A model generated the notes under the pieces. That model saw only the letters and a list, made by a program, of their open reading frames with translations. It was not told the DNA's origin and searched no databases. This document shows positions 1 through 12,099 of a stretch of DNA of 64,000 nucleotides, in pieces. A program made the translations under genes and the position numbers. Each line of letters starts with the position of its first letter. The first letter of the stretch is position 1. Origin of the DNA: Takakia lepidozioides (taxonomy: Eukaryota; Plantae; Bryophyta); NCBI GenBank assembly GCA_030704615.1, contig CM060732.1, forward strand, positions 76,074,001-76,138,000. The letters are read 5' to 3'.

Positions 1-309
1 GAACTCCGGTGTAGACGTCCCTCCGGCAGTACTTGGCATCCTACAGTAAGAACAAATCCACTTGAAGAATGTCAATACCAGCACAACCAGAAAGGGTTTT
101 CAATGAAATAAGAGAGCGGAGGGAGGTGCCTCACAAAATCTGGAGGCAACTTACAATGCCACCACTCACTCGTAAACCGGGGGCTCCTCGGCCTCGATCC
201 CAACTTCCTCCCCCTGCTCCTTCTCGGATTTTTCCTCATCCTCCGAGGATGCCTCTTCCTCTTTCGGCAGACGTTCAGCCGCTGCAAGTTCCGAGTTGTG
301 GAGGGCAGT

Positions 310-1080
310 ATCTGGCTCGAAGGCGAACACATGTCTGTCGGACAACGTCCTGCCCACATTGAAGCACCTGAGGAACAAAGCGGGCGGTTAATAGCTTGCG
401 GCATGCAATTGCAATGGGGCCAGGGGACAAATTGAGCACGTGAAGGCTTATCCGTGCCGCATGTGAGGTCCAGAATCCGCCCTTGGACATCCGAGCACGT
501 CTCCATGAGGGTTTGGATGAAAGCAGGGCTCCGGGTCCGGCTGTACCGCCACGGTTTGCCTGTCTTTGTGTCCTTCGGCATACTAGAGTGGGGCACATAG
601 TTGTAGAGGACATCGTAGGTTACAGGGTCCACAGCGGCATCAACAAGACGACCGTCGTTGCGGAATTTGAACGTAGACCCTCTCTTCACAAAGCAATATG
701 CCTCAAACACCAATGTCTGCACATCCAACAAAGAAAGGATCAATTCCAGGGTCTACTTAACATACACCACAATATGAAGTGAATGCAATAGATTGATAAC
801 TTACACTTTGGCCCTCTGTTCGCAACCCCTGCGTACTGATGCAGAACCATTTTCTGAGGAGGACCGGGGTGACACTTTTCGGTGTCCACCTTGCCACCGC
901 ATTCTCTGTGGTCTTCCCTCTCGTGGCAAGGACAACCACACATCCACCGTCATCCAGAAGCATCCCCGCCAGCCCAAACCCGGCTTTCCAGTAGTCCTCA
1001 GTAAACCTGTTCCAGGTGGGCACACCATCCAGGCCCTCCAGCAGCTCCCCATCTGGAATGTCGAGGAGAATCATGTCGCA
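310..1080 (-). CDS. Beta-class amino (N4-cytosine/N6-adenine) DNA methyltransferase-like domain, copy A
   Basis: Motifs in beta-class order: CDMILLDIPDG (motif IV, DPPY-like), LLDDGGCVVV (LxxxG), EAYCFVK, then RSPAFIQTLMETCSDVQGRILDLTCGTG|ASMWAG..DRHVFAFEPD (matches KP..L...LI...S..GD.VLDPF.GSG....A....R..IG.E.D). The intron donor in motif I is mutated in copy A (AT) and intact in copy B (GTAAG). Confidence 0.75.
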
Positions 1081-1960
1081 AGCTCTCTCCACCTCAACCC
1101 CCCCCCCCCCGAGTGCTCTTGCAATTCGTGCTCACAGCCGTGAAGAATTCCATCATGGCTTCAAAACCAGGGGTGTCTTTAGGCTCTGTACCGGCAGCCC
1201 TCTTCTTGGCTTTCCCCTTCTGCTCCGCCAGAGACTTGTTGTGTGCCACCTTCTTCGCCCTGGCAGCGAGAGCGTCAAGGAAGCTCTCATTGACGCATTG
1301 GATGATGGTTGGAGGTTCTAGCTTTGGCCTGTGCGTAAACGTCACCGCCGAATACCGCCGTGTAGGCTCGCCCTCAAATGCCAACTTCTTGGCAGAGCCA
1401 GTCCCACTCCGAACTGACTTGGGAACCCGGACGACCGGTGACTGGGTAGGAGCAACAGCAGTCGCAGGACCTTGAACAAAATCGGCGTCGGAGTCACTCT
1501 CTTGGGTCCCCTCCTGCGCCTCCTCCGATGCCCCGATGGTTTTCTTCTTTTTGGGTGTTACTGCAGTCACCTGTTTCCTTGTCCTTTTCCTTTGACCTTT
1601 ACTCTTCTCATGCAATTTCTCCTGAATTCCTGCCTGAGCAAGCTCTGCCGCTTTCTGGAGTTCGCAAGCGCTTTTGCCTCTTTTGCACCCAACGGAGGCA
1701 GCGGAGCCCGGTTTCGTCGGAATTCAGCATCCAGCTTCAATTGAAACTCGGATGGGTCGAGCGAGCCGGGCGGAAGGTCCACATACCAAGGGCAATCACG
1801 CAAATGTTCCAGATGCCACTCCTTCACAATATCGTCAGTGTACATGGAGTCAGCCCCAGGGTTCCTCCATGCCAGGAAGAATGGTGGCTCGAAAGACAGA
1901 TGACCTTTCTCCAAAAGGGAGAACTTACAGTACCTGCATTCATGAAAAACACAATGAGGT

Positions 1961-2945
1961 CCGAAAATGGCTAAGTCCCTGAACGGCAAATAGGGCCTAC
2001 AACTGGAATATGGCGCCGAATTTCCACTTCAGGGCCAGCCAGTCTAGGGACTTAGCCCGAAAATGGCTAAGTCCCTGAACGGCAATACGGCCTGGAACTG
2101 GAAAATGGCGCCGAATTTCCAGTTCCGAGCCAGCCAGTCTAGGGACTTAGCCCGAAAATGGCTAAGTCCCTGGACGGCAATAGGGCCTAGAACTGGAAAA
2201 CGGCGCCGAATTTCCAGTTCCGGGCCAGCCACCCTAGGGACTTAGCCCGAAAATGGCTAAGTCCCTGGACGGCAATAGGGCCTAGAACTGGAAAACGGCG
2301 CCGAATTTCCAGTTCCGGGCCAGCCACACTAGGGACTTAGCCCGAAAATGGCTAAGTCCCTGGACGGCAATAGGGCCTAGAACTGGAAAACGGCGCCGAA
2401 TTTCCAGTTCCGGGCCAGCCACCCTAGGGACTTAGCCCGAAAATGGCTAAGTCCCTGGACGGCAATAGGGCCTGGAACTGGAATAGGGCGCCGAATTTCC
2501 ACTTCAGGGCCAGCCAGTCTAGGGACTTAGCCCGAAAATGGCTAAGTCCCTGAACGGCAATACGGCCTGGAACTGGAAAAGGCGCCGAATTTCCAGTTCA
2601 GGGCCAGCCAGTCTAGGGACTTAGCCCGAAAATGGCTAAGTCCCTGGACGGCAATAGGGCCTAGAACTGGAAAACGGCGCCGAATTTCCAGTTGCGGGCC
2701 AGCCACACTAGGGACTTAGGCCGAAAATGGCTAAGTCCCTGAACGGCAATAGGGCCTAAAACTGGAATATGGCGCCGAATTTCCACTTCAAGGCCAGCCA
2801 GTCTAGGGACTTAGCCCGAAAATGGCTAAGTCCCTGAACGGCAATAGGGCCTGGAACTGGAAAATGGCGCCGAATTTCCAGTTTCCGGGCCAGCCAGTCT
2901 AGGGACTTAGCCATTTTCGGAGCCCTGACTGGAAATTCGGCGCCA
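1961..2945. repeat. Tandem array of 10 x 95-bp hairpin units inside an intron of the accessory gene
   Basis: Unit ccgaaaatggctaagtccct..gggcctggaactggaaaacGGCGCCgaatttccagttccgggcc..agggacttag. Units start at about 1961, 2057, 2152 and so on up to 2816. Each unit is an imperfect inverted repeat centred on GGCGCC. Confidence 0.95.
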
Positions 2946-4249
2946 TTTTCCCTAACACCACTTGAGGCCTCTAACATCTTGAAATGCCAGGACTTGAAAG
3001 AAGGCAGCGCGTATGTACCTGTACAGAAGGCGCATTGTTGCTTTGTCCGCGTTCGGCTGGTCGGTGAACTCGTGGCTCCGGCGAGCATCTGCTATCTCCC
3101 GAAAGAATAGGTTGGTTTTGTAGAGCAGAAAGTACCTCGTCACATAGTCACGTAGGCTCTCTGCTGCAGGAGATATCTCCATCTTGAACTGATGTGCTTG
3201 TGTGTCCAGCTGCTCTTGCGCATTCGTCGTCACCTGTGGAGATTGTCCATCAGATCGCTTTCCTCAAAAAATACAATGAATCCACCCCTACTAGAGTAGA
3301 AGCCCCAAACGAAGCGTGGGGAAGTACCTGAAACCACCATGTCATGCGGTTCTCCACATGTCGAATGTGGGGTCAGAGAGTTTGTCCGGTTTGGGGAAGC
3401 TCCACATGTCCCTGGTACTTTGGGAACCATTCCAGATTTGGAGCCACCGGGTCTGTCCAACCACCCAGCATATTCGTAAGCGCCAAACACCACAAAAAGG
3501 AGTTGTTGCCACCACAATTTTGTTAAGAATGTATCACCTTTTCTGTTGCATCCACACAGGATGTGGCTAGACGATGGAGCTTCTCCAATGTCATCGTGGG
3601 CTTCAGAGCGCGAGAGTAGTGCTTCCCCACCTCCACCAGAAAGTCGGCACCAAGGGCGGGATCAGCTATGGCCACGTACTTTACCATCCGCGACTTGTAC
3701 TTTATGCGGGCCCTCACCTCCGCAGCTTTGACATACGATTCGAGTTCCGGGAGGGTTGGATTCTTCTCCTCTGACTCCATGTAGAACCTCCGCGCATGTG
3801 CCAAATCCTGCTGTATTTTCGTCTGTCAAGAATGCGCACATAAGATTAGAGATCCTGCTCAACACAATTTCTTCTATTGGGGGAGGAGAGACAGATTAGC
3901 TCAACAAAACTGTCAGGAGCTTTACCCGAAATATGTAGTCCACCATGGCGTCGACGCTCAGCCTATACCAGGTTCTGTCTGCCTTTGCCTCCGACTTGCG
4001 CAGGAGGTCGGCACTGAGGGAATTGGCAAACTCTTGCACCCCCTGCTTCCCGACATCCTTCACTCGGAAGAGCATATGGGACAAGTTGGTGGCAATGAAG
4101 GCATTCTCAGTCACCCTGCAGTGCCACATTTCCATCAAACAATACTGAAATGGGAATTTTCATCATATATGAGGATTCGCAATGAAATGACTTCCAAATT
4201 CAAAGTCCAAAAGCGAGAGGGGTTGTAGCTTACGAGTTGATGTCGGCCA

Positions 4250-4680
4250 TTGCCAGCTTTGAGAAGACTGCGATCTTTGGGCCCCGCAACCTTCAGCACA
4301 ACACAATCGACGGCGAAATGCCAATCGAGATCATTGGGGTGGGCTTGGGCAATGTGCTCCATCCATGCCAGGAGGCGATGATTGCCGTCCCACACGTAGA
4401 ACATCTTACCGGACATGTGCTGGAAAAGAGGATCACTAGCAATCGATCTCTCGAACTCCTCATTTCGCGTTTGCCAATGGGGACCCCATTTGTCCACTCA
4501 TCGGAAGTGTGGGCACGGGAAGCTCCGTGGTCGTTCTCAATGGAAACGTAAAAGGCGGCAGACCCCATTCGATATCCCATCCCGGAAAGAGAATTTCAGC
4601 TTGTCGATATCGCCTGGGAGGGCAGGTCTCACCACCTGCAATGACACCAAGCGGCAAAGGGGAATTCGAAGCTTGGCCGG
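4250..4680 (-). CDS. ParB/sulfiredoxin-like N-terminal domain, copy A
   Basis: LRIPLCRLVSLQVVRPALPGDIDKLKFSFRDGY...KMFYVWDGNHRLLAW. This fits the ParB-N pattern IP+..L....R....+..L..S+ followed by a hydrophobic strand and DG(N/H)HR. Confidence 0.65.
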
Positions 4681-6464
4681 GTACACCATGCCCCCCAGCA
4701 CCCTGCCAATGTTGCTGTGGGTTGCCTCCAACATCTTGGCAGCGGCCAACTTCATATCCGCCTCAGACATGACGTCTGCTGCAGAGGGGTTTTCCGGCAG
4801 CCCACCAGGACCGCCAAATCCAGCCTGTATGCTCCGGGTTTGGGGCCTGGGGATGTCCGGGAGGATGTCATCATGGTCAGAAACCTCCATGTCGTCCTCC
4901 TCAACAGGGTCAGCCACCTGCGAAACCACCTCCAGCACTCTCGTCGTCTCTACTGCCCTCTCCCATGGCTTCACCTGGAACTTGCACAATCCGTGCTCTT
5001 TCAGGTGTTCTTTCCTCTCCTCCACTCTCCACCGTATGGGTAATTGCGGGGGCTGCTCTTGCCCGCGATGGTCTAACCGGTGTGCTACTGCCTCTCTGTG
5101 GTGTCTTGTAGGGATCCACCGTCTCTGTGTGTCCCTCGCTTACATTGGCATCTGTCATTTGGGCACCCCTGGCCTCTTCAGCTGCCTTTTGTCTTTCCTC
5201 CTGGCTAGCATTCTGTCTCGTCTGTTCTTTTGCCCTCTCTTTTGCCCTCTCACGGGCTTTCTGTTTCTTACTAGGGCTAGCAGCAGGGGAGCCCTCCAGG
5301 ACGACCACCTTTGATTGAGGCGAACTGACACCTCCCCCGCACTGCTCACTCCCCCCTCCGCAGCCCGTGACTGCTCTCTCGCCGGGGATTGCATGTGCTT
5401 AGCTTTCTTCTTTTTCTTTGCGTGGGCGGGCCCTACTGCATGTGCATGAACAACCTCCATTGCCGGATCTGCTGTCCTCATGTCCTCACGCCGCCCTTCA
5501 CCTGCCATGCCGCCTGCACCAACCTCCCCAATGCCTACTCTGTCGTAATCTCGTTGCAAGTCCTCCCGTCCACCAACAAAAGGTTTAAGTTTGCCCTCTC
5601 GCCCCAAGTTGGGCGATTCAAACATGCGATGAGTTGGAGCTGTCGATGATACCACCAGCGTGCCGGGCTCGTCGTCACTCTGTCATTGACAAAAATCGTG
5701 AAACCAACATCGGTGCAAAAAGCAGCATCGCAACGAGCAGCGCAACCACCATAGCAACAATCATGTAGCAAAAATGAAAACATAACAAGTTTAGGAAGTA
5801 TGGAGAGCCATGCAACAACAATGAAAACAAATGCAACCATTGCCTAAGAATGACATGCACAAGCAGCCTTCTCCAGAGCTGCCGGATTTGCACACGCATT
5901 GCAAACAATCTAAGGTTCACTCAACTATCTAAAGTTCACTCATACAGCAAAGCCAGGATGAAGATGCAAAAACAAAGCGAGGTAACAAAGCGAAAGCAAA
6001 AAATAAATCGAACAAACCGAAAGCAGAAGTGGCTTGCCTGAGAGTACTCGGCTTCAGTTGGCGCAGGTTGTGAGCAAGACACTGGAATCTCCTGCTGGAG
6101 CTTCAGTTTGGCCATGCGAGAGATTGGCCGTCGTCCGTAGTACAGAGCTTTCAACTTCCGCCGCGGTCTAGATTAGGTCTCTCTCAGGAGAGCCACGCCC
6201 TTCAGGCGGCATAAGTCCCAGCCAAAATGGAAAAAAATCTCCGTTTTGGGGTACATGCCTGGAATACAATGTTAAGCCAAGTTTAGCATGAGATTTAGGG
6301 TACGTGTCCAGGAAGCCATGCGTCGCCAGCCCGAATAATAACCGACGGCCGTCGACATTTATTGCCCAACTGCGCAAATAAATGTCGGATGAAGCCCTCC
6401 ATGTCGGATGAAAACGACGTAAACATTCCGGAATTTCCAACGTAGAGGTAATTCGGAGCGCTGC

Positions 6465-7975
6465 ACGATGGAATTCCGGCGCCGGATTTCCATCCTGCAG
6501 GTAATTCGGAGCGCAGCGGGATGGATATCCGGCGCCGAATTTCCATCCGCGGAGGAAGGGCGGCGCTGGAAATTTCCCTCACGCAGGTAATTCGGAAGCG
6601 CGCGATGGAATCCGGCGACGAATTTCCATCCGCGGAGGAAGGGCCGGCGCTGCAAATTTCCCTAACGCAGGTAATTCGGAATCGCGCGGATGGAAATCCG
6701 GCGCCGAATTTCCATCCGCGGAGGAAGGGCGGCGGTTGGAAATTTCCCTCACGCAGGTAATTCGGAAGCCCGCGGATGGAAATCCGGGGCCGAATTTCCA
6801 TCCGCGGAGGTAGGGCGACGCTGGAAATTTCCCTCACGGCAGGTAATTCGGAAGCGCGCGGAGGAAATCCGGCGCCGAATTTCCATCCGCGAGATAGGGC
6901 GGCGCTGGAAATTTCCCTCACGCAGGTAATTCGGAAGCGCGCGGATGGAAATCCGGCGCCGAATTTCCATCCGCGCAGGTAGGGCGGTGCGCCAAATTTC
7001 CCTCAGCAGGTAATTCGGCGCCGAATTTCCATCCTGCAGGTAATTCGAATCCCGGATGAATGGAAATTCGGCGCCGAATTTCCATCCAGCAGGTAAGTGG
7101 AATCTCGGATGGATGGAGATTCGGCCCGAATTTCCATCCTGCAGGTAATTCGAAATCCCGGATGAATGAAATTCGGCGCCGAATTCCATCCAGCAGGTAA
7201 GTGGAATCTCGGATGGATGGAGATTCGGCGCCGAATTTCCATCCTGCAGGTAATTCGAATACCGGATGAATGGAAATTCGGCGCCGAATTTCCATCCAGC
7301 AGGTAAGTCCGATCGGTGCCGTATGGATATTCGGCGCCGAATTTCCATTCGCCCTGTATTTCTGAGCGAGAAATTACCTTCGTGCAGGTAATTCCCATAT
7401 AAGAATTACCTTCGTGCAGGTAATTCCCAGATGAGAATTACCTTCGTGCAGGTAATTATGGACGAGGAATTAACATCGATTGGAATTACCTGCAGGAAGG
7501 TAATTCTCATCTGGAAATTACCTGCAGGAAGGTATTCTCATCTGGGAATTACCTGCAGGAATGTAATTCTTATATGGGAATTACCTGCACGAAGGTAATT
7601 CCTCGGTCAGAAATACATGGCGAATGGAAATTCGGCGCCGAATATCCATACGGCACCGATCGGACTTACCTGCTGGATGGAAATTCGGCGCCGAATTTCC
7701 ATTTATGCGGGATTCGACTTACCTGCTTGATGGAAATTCGGCGCCGAATTTCCATTCATCCGGTATTCGAATTACCTGCAGGATGGAAATTCGGCGCCGA
7801 ATCTCCATCCATCCGAGATTCCACTTACCTGCTGGATGGAAATTCGGCGCCGAATCTCCATCCATCCGAGATTCCACTTACCTGCTGGATGGAAATTCGG
7901 CGCCGAATCTCCATCCATCCGGGATTCCACTTACCTGCTGGATGGAAATTCGGCGCCGAATCTCCATCCAAGGGA
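6465..7975. repeat. Central compound palindrome array between the two divergent genes (about 6 x 84-bp units, then 59-bp and 32-bp units mirrored around ~7486)
   Basis: Repeated GGAAATTCGGCGCCGAATTTCCAT and GCAGGTAATTC/GAATTACCTGC motifs. 7321 gtatggatat pairs with 7642 atatccatac. ORFs 7003-7398(-) and 7574-8215(+) have near-identical N-termini. Confidence 0.9.
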
Positions 7976-8349
7976 TGTTCTCTGTCGCTCACACTCCGGC
8001 CTCTTCGCCCGAGGCGACTTCATCCGGGCTTCCTCTGTTGGATATTGGGTGCCGAATTTCCATTCGGGGGTAGTAATGTGACGGCACGGTGCCGGCTTCT
8101 CCCCTTCAGCCGTCATCATCCGGACGGCCCCCCACTTTCTGACTGCATACCGTTGGCAGTTATTGCGCAAAGACGAGGGGCCGCATTCTGGAGACAAAGT
8201 TCATTAACACTCTGACTGTGGATTTTTGAGATAGTTGGCTCCCTGGATTTGGATCAGGCTTCGTCGCTCGGACAAATCGGCATCGCATTCATTCCCATCG
8301 CTGCACCCCCTTCTACCAGGGAGCTTCCCCGCACGCCATCCTGGCAGTC

Positions 8350-11300
8350 TTGTGTGCACATCTCCCATGGCGGAAAAACCCGAGCGCTACAGTGTACTGC
8401 CCTCCTCACGAGCATAGAGCTTCATTTCCGTGCAGAGGGGACACCTGCCGGGTGATGGAGAAATATCTGTGCGTTCGATACCACCTGAAACCGGGGTCGG
8501 TTTTTTTGGAGGAGGAAAGGAAGGACTCAAACGGCCTTGTTGTCGAGAGTATTGTTGTGCTCCACGATGATTTCGGCGATGTCAGGGAATGGCGAGTTCC
8601 ACCATCGGACAGCGTCATATACAGGGCTATTGGGGACTTCATTTGCCCGCCAAATGCACCGTCTATCCTGGGCACCTTCCACGAAACAATCCGCGAATCA
8701 GAGAGTGGGTACCTCAAAGAGAGTCCGCAACGAAGTAAATCCAGAGCCGAACCTATCCATGAAACGACCGAGAACCGGGTTGTTCACAACCTGTCCGACT
8801 CAGACGAGGTCATGAAGTTCCGAGGTCGTCCTGGAGATCAGGCAAGTCCTCAATGGACGTCAGTGGGAGGAGGGGAGTCATATTCCCAGCACGACACCGC
8901 AGTTCGATCTATTCTAGAAATTCTGCGAGGGCTTCACCTGGAGGGACACCGGTCGGAGCTGGCCGGGCTGGACTACAGCAAGTTCGCAATTAAATCGGTT
9001 ACATGCCTTCCCGCCGACGTCGACGGTAATATCTTCTTTGAGTTCCCTCCTCGGGCGGACTACTCGAGGGCGTCCGGAATGTTGACAGATATGGATAAGA
9101 AAACATGACGGTCATCCTTGGTGCGTTTACCAAAACCACCAGCATGAAGATGCTTGATGGTGTGCGGGTGCGCTACGTTGTTTGTGCGGGCGCGTTGCGG
9201 TGTTTCTCCCCACTTGCTTCCACTTTAAATCCAGAGGTCACAGGAACGAGACCGATTGGACAGGCACAGCTCACCAGCCATTTCGAGCTCAGGAGAAGGT
9301 TCCGAACTCCACATTTAAGTGTGCGCATTGCAAAGAACCACCACACTGCATGTCTGTTTGTAATGCCAAGCAGTTCTATGTGTTGCACCCGTTTCCCTGA
9401 CCTCACCCGAGCTTGCATACACGTTGGTTCCCATTGTCACAAATTGGCGAGGGGGAACTCGCGGGAGGCTGCCCACGAAGCAGAGCAGCTCGTTCAGGAG
9501 GAGGTTAAGTTGAGACCGGGTGCCAAACCCAACAGATACAGCTCCAAGCCGCCCATAAGATGGCATTGGCCAGAATTATGTCGGAAGACGGCTCCGATAG
9601 AGTTCCTCTCGACAAGAAGGAAATGGAGGCATTGTTGGAGTCGGTGTCCCACGTATGTTCACCAAATGTCCGAAACCACATTGTCTCATGCAAACAGAAA
9701 ATTGGGCGTGGCTCGGATATGCACTCCATTCTGGAGGTGAAGCGACGATGTGGATATGACTATATTCATGGAAGTAGGTTTCCAGGACAAGGGACTTAGG
9801 CAGATCGTTGTTTCGTATTCAAAATGTCCACGTGTGGACCTGGCAGCGGCGTGAACTGGTCGACAGGATGACGAGTGGGAACTTGTCAAACAGTTGGGTC
9901 ATGTTCGACCATATCAAGCGAATTACAAATCACCAGTGGGTGACAATGGGTGCCATGTCTACGACACCCACTGCAGGATGCTAATGACAATTGCTATTTG
10001 TGAGATGAAAGGAGAGGACACACAATCGGAGATGCTTCTTTGGCAGGGAAACGAACAGATGGCTAAGGCGGGATTGCCCCCTCCCAATTTCCGTGGTTTC
10101 ATGGCGGACAACGCACAAGCAAATTGGGCTGCCATCCGAAGGGTGTACGGGCAAGACCCCAATGTTCCCATGGAAGGCAAGGAGAGATCTTGTGGGTTCC
10201 ATTTTCTGCAGAGCCTTCGCAGTACACAACCAGGCTCGTGGCGCCAGATTTCAGAGAGGAGCACCGTTCCATTGCCTTGCGTGGAAGCGCGCTCCCACCT
10301 TGGATGATGCAGAGACACAGTTTGCATGCATACGGGCTTGGTGGACATCGTCAGGTGCTGTAAGGAAATCAGACGAAGGAGCAATGGTCAGTTGGCTAGC
10401 ATGGTGGCATTATCGTTTCCTCCAGTTCGCGACTATATGCGGGAGGTGAGTTGCACGAATTCGCGTCCCGTTGGATATTATTCTCGGCCATATTTGTAAC
10501 TTGCTTGTAACCTGAACATGTGCTTGTGCAGGAAATGTGTCTCGACTCCGACACCGACATGCCCACGACAAACATGGCCGAATCAATGCACTCTTCCTGG
10601 CGTGCCTCCTCTGCGGCGCATCTGGTGGAAATCCTCACTGCCACAACGGAGGACATTGTGAGGTCAATTATGCAGCAATGCAGGTACAACGAGTTCTTGA
10701 AAGGGAAACAGTGGGGCTTGGGGCCGGACAGGCAGGAAATGCTGATGCGGACTGCCTCCAGATCGAAGAATCCTCGGAAGTGGGCGGCGGCCTTGCGAGA
10801 GGGCCTTCGGACACGCCATTGCTACAGAGGCCAACATTTGGAAGGAGATGTTCATACCCGTCCAGTGAGACGAAGACTTGACGAGGCACCTGGCGGAGAA
10901 GAGGATTCATGGCGAGCTGACAAGAATATTCGCACGCTCCCTCGTGGTCCGGTGATGTTGTCCGAGGAGGTCTCGTCGAGCACCGAAGTCCTGCACGTTC
11001 AAGATCGCCATCTCCTTTGAGCACAGGGCGCGTGCCCCGACAACATAACGAGCCATCTGTAGTAAAGCAATACAACATTCCCATTGTGAAGACAAGAGTG
11101 TCGGAGTCACAGTGGAGAATTGCGAGGACATTGCCGGCATTTCGAGGGAAGTGTTGCGCCATCCGGGTGGATACGAGAGCACGCTGTGGTGAGATGATTC
11201 GGAGGAACCCACACGGTGCTGTACCTGCACCTTGTTTCAGCGGCAGATTTTTGACTCCCACATTTGCTCACGCCACAACGCAGACATTTTGGTTCTGTAG

Positions 11301-11944
11301 GCACGACATAATGACCTGTGTATTTGGCAAGCCCAAGTACGGGATTCAGGGAATGCCGGAGCATCCGGGCGTCTGGCCTGTTGCACCGGGTTGCAGCCTC
11401 TCTCAGAATGAGGCGGATGCTCTATCTGCAGCAGGATTTCGAATGGTGCAATGCACAGACATCCCGGCCCACGCATTTCCGGTTCCTCAGACCCAGCCAT
11501 TGCAGACTGCTCGGTCCAGTAGAGACGGATTGGACAATTCTGCACATCCCACAATGCGATTCGGAAGAGTGAAGAGACGACACCCTCCTAACAAGTTGAA
11601 TGAGACTCGGATTGCAATGCTCTTGGGATGGCTTGCACTATTCAGAGCTCCGTGGACGTACCCCCACCCGGCCTTGGCGTGTGTATCGGATGGCAACGGC
11701 CGGCTCGGCTGTACGCGACGATGTATACACAATTACGATTGGAGTGGAGCCGATTTGCAACTGTACGGACTTCTCGTTGATGGAAGCAAAGAAGGGTTCG
11801 AAGTATTATCCGTGCAAGCATCTGTATTACATTTACCTGAAGAGGTTGAGGATGAACGTGACTATTGATGACTTTATTCATGCACCGGCGTTGAGCGTGA
11901 ACGAGCTGCACAAACTCCTCCTTAGGGATTCCAGAAATCATTGA
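8350..11944 (+). pseudogene. MULE (Mutator) DDE transposase with a GCM/WRKY-like Zn domain and a C-terminal SWIM finger, copy A (frameshifted)
   Basis: Motifs WVMFDHIK (D1), FRGFMADNAQA..AIRRVY...SCGFHFLQS (D2 plus the MULE CxxH), PTTNMAESMHS (E) and SWIM YTITIGVEPICNCTDF...YYPCKHLYYI. An intron lies at ~10446-10531 (GAG|GTGAGT...GCAG|GAA). Confidence 0.88.
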
Positions 11945-12099
11945 TGGGGCAAACGGAATCCTCCATATGGATATTTTCAAATGCATTTTGTTGTATCAGA
12001 CTTTTTTTTTGCAGTGTAATGAAATGCACCCCAAAACTCCTGAATGAGGCAATATTCCATTCAAACTGAGATCCAACAGAAGCAGTTGTGGGGCCATTT

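Larger units (their letters stand above)
1..6115 (-). pseudogene. Multi-exon MULE accessory gene: disordered N-terminus, ParB/Srx-like domain, unknown region, Lys-rich linker, beta-class N4C/N6A DNA methyltransferase-like domain, acidic tail (copy A, frameshifted; last exon runs off-window)
   Basis: Assembled from ORF pieces 5155-5655, 4910-5308, 4537-5025, 4135-4497, 3896-4138, 3523-3804, 2952-3233, 1567-1989, 1094-1615, 757-1092, 72-743 and 166-378. The GT-AG intron 3018-1934 (CAG|GTACAT ... TGCAG|G) joins LLYR|YCK in frame. The start at 6115 (MAKLKLQ) is tentative. Confidence 0.7.

Noticed and set aside
1961-2945. CRISPR-like appearance of the regular palindromic repeats (also 47847-49025)
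   Set aside because: The units are contiguous and near-identical with no unique spacers, there are no cas genes, and the context is a eukaryotic intron.
4415-5314. Long + strand ORFs (also 50676-51392, 18508-19173, 41554-42105)
   Set aside because: They are antisense shadows of recognisable - strand coding sequence.
1-6115. Bacterial or phage contamination as the source of the ParB/MTase gene
   Set aside because: The gene has GT-AG introns and lies inside a plant MULE that is inserted in PPR and LINE sequence.
6295-8215. Many ORFs with MEIRRRISI/WKFGAEF peptides (also in the 2-kb, 12-kb, 48-kb and 56-kb arrays)
   Set aside because: They are translations of the palindromic DNA repeat, open in several frames on both strands, with no sign of protein-level selection.
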